Assembly: GCA_965240325.2 (NCBI GenBank)
Contig: OZ251235.1
Coordinates: forward strand, 620,001-684,000
Source: Rebecca billardiae RCC1528
Taxonomy: Eukaryota > Protista > Haptophyta
Length of the DNA: 64,000 bases
Direction: 5' to 3'
Part shown: positions 56,601-64,000 of the stretch, one piece after another
How positions within the stretch are numbered: the stretch's first letter is position 1
Layout: every line of letters starts with the position of its first letter
Notes under the pieces: model-generated
What the model was told of the DNA's origin: nothing
The model's database searches: none
The model's input: only the letters and a program-made list of their open reading frames with translations
Program-made: the position numbers and the translations under genes

Positions 56601-59600
56601 CGGCGAGCGCCGCCGCCGGCCTGCAGCGCGCGGCAGAGCGCGGCGGCGCGGCGGCGCGCGGCGGCTCGACTTGCCCGCGGCCCAGCGCCCCCGAGGCCCG
56701 GGGCGGGCGGCCCGGCGCGCGGCGTGACGGCCGGGGGTGCGCGCGAGGGCCGCCCTGTCCCATCGGCGCCCTTTGACCCGCCTCGGCGGCTCGCTCCTTC
56801 GGCGCGCGCTCCGCCGCGCGCCGCCGGCCTGCAGCGCGCGGCAGAGCGCGGCGGCGCGGCGGCGCGCGACTTGCCCGCTGCCCGCGGCCCAGCGCCCCCG
56901 AGGCCCGGGGCGGGCGGCCCGGCGCGCGGCGTGACGGCCGGGGGTGCGCGCGAGGGCCGCCCTGTCCCATCGGCGCCCTTCGACCCGCCTCGGCGGCTCG
57001 CTCCTCCGGCGCGCGCTCCGTCTCGGCGAGCGCCGCCGCCGGCCTGCAGCGCGCGGCAGAGCGCGCCGGCGGCTCGACTTGCCCGCTGCCCGCGGCCCAA
57101 CGCCCCCGAGGCCCGGGGCGGGCGGCCCGGCGCGCGGCGCGACGGCCGGGGGTGCGCGCGAGGGCCGCCCTGTCCCATCGGCGCCCTTTGACCCGCCTCG
57201 GCGGCTCGCTCCTTCGGCGCCCGCTCCGTCTCGGCGAGCGCCGCCGGCATGCAGCGCGCGGCAGAGCGCGCCGGCGGCTCGACTTGCCCGCGCCCGACGG
57301 CCCAACGCCCCCGGGGCCCGGGGCGGGCGGCCCGGCGCGCGGCGTGACGGCCGGGGGTGCGCGCGAGGGCCGCCCTGTCCCATCGGCGCCCTTCGACCCG
57401 CCTCGGCGGCTCGCTCCTCCGGCGCGCGCTCCGCCGCGGCGAGCGCCGCCGCCGGCCTGCAGCGCGCGGCAGAGCGCGGCGGCGCGGCGGCGCGCGGCGG
57501 CTCGACTTGCCCGCGGCCCAGCGCCCCCGAGGCCCGGGGCGGGCGGCCCGGCGCGCGGCGCGACGGCCGGGGGTGCGCGCGAGGGCCGCCCTGTCCCATC
57601 GGCGCCCTTTGACCCGCCTCGGCGGCTCGCTCCTTCGGCGCCCGCTCCGTCTCGGCGAGCGCCGCCGGCATGCAGCGCGCGGCAGAGCGCGCCGGCGGCT
57701 CGACTTGCCCGCGCCCGACGGCCCAACGCCCCCGGGGCCCGGGGCGGGCGGCCCGGCGCGCGGCGTGACGGCCGGGGGTGCGCGCGAGGGCCGCCCTGTC
57801 CCATCGGCGCCCTTCGACCCGCCTCGGCGGCTCGCTCCTCCGGCGCGCGCTCCGCCGCGGCGAGCGCCGCCGCCGGCCTGCAGCGCGCGGCAGAGCGCGC
57901 CGGCGGCTCGACTTGCCCGCTGCCCGCGGCCCAGCGCCCCCGAGGCCCGGGGCGGGCGGCCCGGCGCGCGGCGTGACGGCCGGGGGTGCGCGCGAGGGCC
58001 GCCCTGTCCCATCGGCGCCCTTCGACCCGCCTCGGCGGCTCGCTCCTCCGGCGCGCGCTCCGTCTCGGCGAGCGCCGCCGCCGGCCTGCAGCGCGCGGCA
58101 GAGCGCGCCGGCGGCTCGACTTGCCCGCTGCCCGCGGCCCAGCGCCCCCGAGGCCCGGGGCGGGCGGCCCGGCGCGCGGCGTGACGGCCGGGGGTGCGCG
58201 CGAGGGCCGCCCTGTCCCATCGGCGCCCTTTGACCTGCCTCGGCGGCTCGCTCCTTCGGCGCGCGCTCCGCCGCGCGCCGCCGGCCTGCAGCGCGCGGCA
58301 GAGCGCGGCGGCGCGCCGGCGGCTCGACTTGCCCGCTGCCCGCGGCCCAACGCCCCCGAGGCCCGGGGCGGGCGGCCCGGCGCGCGGCGCGACGGCCGGG
58401 GGTGCGCGCGAGGGCCGCCCTGTTCCCATCGGCGCCCTTTGACCCGCCTCGGCGGCTCGCTCCTTCGGCGCCCGCTCCGTCTCGGCGAGCGCCGCCGGCA
58501 TGCAGCGCGCGGCAGAGCGCGCCGGCGGCTCGACTTGCCCGCGCCCGACGGCCCAACGCCCCCGGGGCCCGGGGCGGGCGGCCCGGCGCGCGGCGTGACG
58601 GCCGGGGGTGCGCGCGAGGGCCGCCCTGTCCCATCGGCGCCCTTCGACCCGCCTCGGCGGCTCGCTCCTCCGGCGCGCGCTCCGTCTCGGCGAGCGCCGC
58701 CGCCGGCCTGCAGCGCGCGGCAGAGCGCGCCGGCGGCTCGACTTGCCCGCTGCCCGCGGCCCAACGCCCCCGAGGCCCGGGGCGGGCGGCCCGGCGCGCG
58801 GCGTGACGGCCGGGGGTGCGCGCGAGGGCCGCCCTGTCCCATCGGCGCCCTTTGACCTGCCTCGGCGGCTCGCTCCTTCGGCGCGCGCTCCGCCGCGCGC
58901 CGCCGGCCTGCAGCGCGCGGCAGAGCGCGGCGGCGCGGCGGCGCGCGACTTGCCCGCTGCCCGCGGCCCAGCGCCCCCGAGGCCCGGGGCGGGCGGCCCG
59001 GCGCGCGGCGTGACGGCCGGGGGTGCGCGCGAGGGCCGCCCTGTCCCATCGGCGCCCTTCGACCCGCCTCGGCGGCTCGCTCCTCCGGCGCGCGCTCCGC
59101 CGCGGCGAGCGCCGCCGCCGGCCTGCAGCGCGCGGCAGAGCGCGGCGGCGCGGCGGCGCGCGGCGGCTCGACTTGCCCGCGGCCCAGCGCCCCCGAGGCC
59201 CGGGGCGGGCGGCCCGGCGCGCGGCGTGACGGCCGGGGGTGCGCGCGAGGGCCGCCCTGTCCCATCGGCGCCCTTTGACCCGCCTCGGCGGCTCGCTCCT
59301 TCGGCGCGCGCTCCGTCTCGGTGAGCGCCGCCGCCGGCCTGCAGCGCGCGGCAGAGCGCGGCGGCGCGGCGGCGCGCGACTTGCCCGCTGCCCGCGGCCC
59401 AGCGCCCCCGAGGCCCGGGGCGGGCGGCCCGGCGCGCGGCGTGACGGCCGGGGGTGCGCGCGAGGGCCGCCCTGTCCCATCGGCGCCCTTCGACCCGCCT
59501 CGGCGGCTCGCTCCTCCGGCGCGCGCTCCGTCTCGGCGAGCGCCGCCGCCGGCCTGCAGCGCGCGGCAGAGCGCGGCGGCGCGGCGGCGCGCGGCGGCTC

Positions 59601-62600
59601 GACTTGCCCGCGGCCCAGCGCCCCCGAGGCCCGGGGCGGGCGGCCCGGCGCGCGGCGTGACGGCCGGGGGTGCGCGCGAGGGCCGCCCTGTCCCATCGGC
59701 GCCCTTTGACCCGCCTCGGCGGCTCGCTCCTTCGGCGCGCGCTCCGCCGCGCGCCGCCGGCCTGCAGCGCGCGGCAGAGCGCGGCGGCGCGGCGGCGCGC
59801 GACTTGCCCGCTGCCCGCGGCCCAGCGCCCCCGAGGCCCGGGGCGGGCGGCCCGGCGCGCGGCGTGACGGCCGGGGGTGCGCGCGAGGGCCGCCCTGTCC
59901 CATCGGCGCCCTTCGACCCGCCTCGGCGGCTCGCTCCTCCGGCGCGCGCTCCGTCTCGGCGAGCGCCGCCGCCGGCCTGCAGCGCGCGGCAGAGCGCGGC
60001 GGCGCGGCGGCGCGCGGCGGCTCGACTTGCCCGCGGCCCAGCGCCCCCGAGGCCCGGGGCGGGCGGCCCGGCGCGCGGCGTGACGGCCGGGGGTGCGCGC
60101 GAGGGCCGCCCTGTCCCATCGGCGCCCTTTGACCCGCCTCGGCGGCTCGCTCCTTCGGCGCGCGCTCCGTCTCGGTGAGCGCCGCCGCCGGCCTGCAGCG
60201 CGCGGCAGAGCGCGGCGGCGCGGCGGCGCGCGACTTGCCCGCTGCCCGCGGCCCAGCGCCCCCGAGGCCCGGGGCGGGCGGCCCGGCGCGCGGCGTGACG
60301 GCCGGGGGTGCGCGCGAGGGCCGCCCTGTCCCATCGGCGCCCTTTGACCCGCCTCGGCGGCTCGCTCCTCCGGCGCGCGCTCCGTCTCGGCGAGCGCCGC
60401 CGCCGGCCTGCAGCGCGCGGCAGAGCGCGCCGGCGGCTCGACTTGCCCGCTGCCCGCGGCCCAACGCCCCCGAGGCCCGGGGCGGGCGGCCCGGCGCGCG
60501 GCGCGACGGCCGGGGGTGCGCGCGAGGGCCGCCCTGTCCCATCGGCGCCCTTTGACCCGCCTCGGCGGCTCGCTCCTTCGGCGCCCGCTCCGTCTCGGCG
60601 AGCGCCGCCGGCATGCAGCGCGCGGCAGAGCGCGCCGGCGGCTCGACTTGCCCGCGCCCGACGGCCCAACGCCCCCGGGGCCCGGGGCGGGCGGCCCGGC
60701 GCGCGGCGTGACGGCCGGGGGTGCGCGCGAGGGCCGCCCTGTCCCATCGGCGCCCTTCGACCCGCCTCGGCGGCTCGCTCCTCCGGCGCGCGCTCCGCCG
60801 CGGCGAGCGCCGCCGCCGGCCTGCAGCGCGCGGCAGAGCGCGGCGGCGCGGCGGCGCGCGGCGGCTCGACTTGCCCGCGGCCCAGCGCCCCCGAGGCCCG
60901 GGGCGGGCGGCCCGGCGCGCGGCGTGACGGCCGGGGGTGCGCGCGAGGGCCGCCCTGTCCCATCGGCGCCCTTTGACCCGCCTCGGCGGCTCGCTCCTTC
61001 GGCGCGCGCTCCGTCTCGGTGAGCGCCGCCGCCGGCCTGCAGCGCGCGGCAGAGCGCGGCGGCGCGGCGGCGCGCGACTTGCCCGCTGCCCGCGGCCCAG
61101 CGCCCCCGAGGCCCGGGGCGGGCGGCCCGGCGCGCGGCGTGACGGCCGGGGGTGCGCGCGAGGGCCGCCCTGTCCCATCGGCGCCCTTCGACCCGCCTCG
61201 GCGGCTCGCTCCTCCGGCGCGCGCTCCGCCGCGGCGAGCGCCGCCGCCGGCCTGCAGCGCGCGGCAGAGCGCGGCGGCGCGGCGGCGCGCGGCGGCTCGA
61301 CTTGCCCGCGGCCCAGCGCCCCCGAGGCCCGGGGCGGGCGGCCCGGCGCGCGGCGTGACGGCCGGGGGTGCGCGCGAGGGCCGCCCTGTCCCATCGGCGC
61401 CCTTTGACCCGCCTCGGCGGCTCGCTCCTTCGGCGCGCGCTCCGCCGCGCGCCGCCGGCCTGCAGCGCGCGGCAGAGCGCGGCGGCGCGGCGGCGCGCGA
61501 CTTGCCCGCTGCCCGCGGCCCAGCGCCCCCGAGGCCCGGGGCGGGCGGCCCGGCGCGCGGCGTGACGGCCGGGGGTGCGCGCGAGGGCCGCCCTGTCCCA
61601 TCGGCGCCCTTCGACCCGCCTCGGCGGCTCGCTCCTCCGGCGCGCGCTCCGTCTCGGCGAGCGCCGCCGCCGGCCTGCAGCGCGCGGCAGAGCGCGCCGG
61701 CGGCTCGACTTGCCCGCTGCCCGCGGCCCAACGCCCCCGAGGCCCGGGGCGGGCGGCCCGGCGCGCGGCGCGACGGCCGGGGGTGCGCGCGAGGGCCGCC
61801 CTGTCCCATCGGCGCCCTTTGACCCGCCTCGGCGGCTCGCTCCTTCGGCGCCCGCTCCGTCTCGGCGAGCGCCGCCGGCATGCAGCGCGCGGCAGAGCGC
61901 GCCGGCGGCTCGACTTGCCCGCGCCCGACGGCCCAACGCCCCCGGGGCCCGGGGCGGGCGGCCCGGCGCGCGGCGTGACGGCCGGGGGTGCGCGCGAGGG
62001 CCGCCCTGTCCCATCGGCGCCCTTCGACCCGCCTCGGCGGCTCGCTCCTCCGGCGCGCGCTCCGCCGCGGCGAGCGCCGCCGCCGGCCTGCAGCGCGCGG
62101 CAGAGCGCGGCGGCGCGGCGGCGCGCGGCGGCTCGACTTGCCCGCGGCCCAGCGCCCCCGAGGCCCGGGGCGGGCGGCCCGGCGCGCGGCGCGACGGCCG
62201 GGGGTGCGCGCGAGGGCCGCCCTGTCCCATCGGCGCCCTTTGACCCGCCTCGGCGGCTCGCTCCTTCGGCGCCCGCTCCGTCTCGGCGAGCGCCGCCGGC
62301 ATGCAGCGCGCGGCAGAGCGCGCCGGCGGCTCGACTTGCCCGCGCCCGACGGCCCAACGCCCCCGGGGCCCGGGGCGGGCGGCCCGGCGCGCGGCGTGAC
62401 GGCCGGGGGTGCGCGCGAGGGCCGCCCTGTCCCATCGGCGCCCTTCGACCCGCCTCGGCGGCTCGCTCCTCCGGCGCGCGCTCCGCCGCGGCGAGCGCCG
62501 CCGCCGGCCTGCAGCGCGCGGCAGAGCGCGCCGGCGGCTCGACTTGCCCGCTGCCCGCGGCCCAGCGCCCCCGAGGCCCGGGGCGGGCGGCCCGGCGCGC

Positions 62601-64000
62601 GGCGTGACGGCCGGGGGTGCGCGCGAGGGCCGCCCTGTCCCATCGGCGCCCTTCGACCCGCCTCGGCGGCTCGCTCCTCCGGCGCGCGCTCCGTCTCGGC
62701 GAGCGCCGCCGCCGGCCTGCAGCGCGCGGCAGAGCGCGCCGGCGGCTCGACTTGCCCGCTGCCCGCGGCCCAGCGCCCCCGAGGCCCGGGGCGGGCGGCC
62801 CGGCGCGCGGCGTGACGGCCGGGGGTGCGCGCGAGGGCCGCCCTGTCCCATCGGCGCCCTTTGACCTGCCTCGGCGGCTCGCTCCTTCGGCGCGCGCTCC
62901 GCCGCGCGCCGCCGGCCTGCAGCGCGCGGCAGAGCGCGGCGGCGCGCCGGCGGCTCGACTTGCCCGCTGCCCGCGGCCCAACGCCCCCGAGGCCCGGGGC
63001 GGGCGGCCCGGCGCGCGGCGCGACGGCCGGGGGTGCGCGCGAGGGCCGCCCTGTTCCCATCGGCGCCCTTTGACCCGCCTCGGCGGCTCGCTCCTTCGGC
63101 GCCCGCTCCGTCTCGGCGAGCGCCGCCGGCATGCAGCGCGCGGCAGAGCGCGCCGGCGGCTCGACTTGCCCGCGCCCGACGGCCCAACGCCCCCGGGGCC
63201 CGGGGCGGGCGGCCCGGCGCGCGGCGTGACGGCCGGGGGTGCGCGCGAGGGCCGCCCTGTCCCATCGGCGCCCTTCGACCCGCCTCGGCGGCTCGCTCCT
63301 CCGGCGCGCGCTCCGTCTCGGCGAGCGCCGCCGCCGGCCTGCAGCGCGCGGCAGAGCGCGCCGGCGGCTCGACTTGCCCGCTGCCCGCGGCCCAGCGCCC
63401 CCGAGGCCCGGGGCGGGCGGCCCGGCGCGCGGCGTGACGGCCGGGGGTGCGCGCGAGGGCCGCCCTGTCCCATCGGCGCCCTTTGACCTGCCTCGGCGGC
63501 TCGCTCCTTCGGCGCCCGCTCCGTCTCGGCGAGCGCCGCCGGCATGCAGCGCGCGGCAGAGCGCGCCGGCGGCTCGACTTGCCCGCGCCCGACGGCCCAA
63601 CGCCCCCGGGGCCCGGGGCGGGCGGCCCGGCGCGCGGCGTGACGGCCGGGGGTGCGCGCGAGGGCCGCCCTGTCCCATCGGCGCCCTTCGACCCGCCTCG
63701 GCGGCTCGCTCTTCCGGCGCGCGCTCCGCCGCGGCGAGCGCCGCCGCCGGCCTGCAGCGCGCGGCAGAGCGCGGCGGCGCGGCGGCGCGCGGCGGCTCGA
63801 CTTGCCCGCGGCCCAGCGCCCCCGAGGCCCGGGGCGGGCGGCCCGGCGCGCGGCGTGACGGCCGGGGGTGCGCGCGAGGGCCGCCCTGTCCCATCGGCGC
63901 CCTTTGACCCGCCTCGGCGGCTCGCTCCTTCGGCGCCCGCTCCGTCTCGGCGAGCGCCGCCGGCATGCAGCGCGCGGCAGAGCGCGCCGGCGGCTCGACT
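50613..64000. repeat. GC-rich satellite array, ~64 monomers of 205-216 bp with higher-order repeats; runs off the window end
   Basis: Anchor gtgcgcgcgagggccgccctgtcccatcgg recurs at 50665, 50880, 51075, 51283 ... 63652, 63868. About 85% GC by hand count of one monomer. Confidence 0.98.

Noticed and set aside
43915-63966. 6683-aa giant protein, plus the 4481 and 4256 aa ORFs
   Set aside because: The upstream ~4,500 codons are satellite whose monomer lengths are mostly not multiples of 3, so frames rotate. Only about 43915-50445 looks like real protein.
50613-64000. CRISPR array or rDNA
   Set aside because: Contiguous monomers with no unique spacers, no cas genes and no rRNA-like sequence.
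1-64000. tRNA genes, telomeric repeats, intact transposase/RT
   Set aside because: None recognised by eye. tRNAscan-SE and RepeatMasker would be needed to exclude them.

Overview
Eukaryotic, very GC-rich nuclear DNA from an alga with a secondary plastid. ChlH and ABC1K carry signal-peptide-led bipartite presequences, and introns are short, (GC)n-rich GT-AG introns. A haptophyte such as Pavlovales is my inference. Bases 1-50.4 kb hold about 18 genes. Housekeeping and plastid genes: Mg-chelatase ChlH with 4 introns, ABC1K kinase, kynurenine-type aminotransferase, TAF1A/Rrn11-like, C8orf82/DUF4505-like and an EamA transporter. Surface, defence-type and signalling genes: SRCR-like, esterase, thaumatin-like, X8-like, EsV-1-7 repeat protein and a degenerate GPDH with a membrane domain. 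A three-gene block at 38-50 kb encodes a lipidation-motif HET-like/LRR protein, a SAM-VWA-calmodulin-E2 fusion and a polycystin-1-like REJ-EGF-GPS membrane protein with IQ and EF-hands. From about 50.6 kb to the window end lies a ~85% GC satellite of 205-216 bp monomers with higher-order structure, which abuts or interrupts the polycystin-like gene. The 4,000-6,700 aa minus-strand ORFs are artefacts of this satellite. All family calls come from motif recognition by eye, without database searches.
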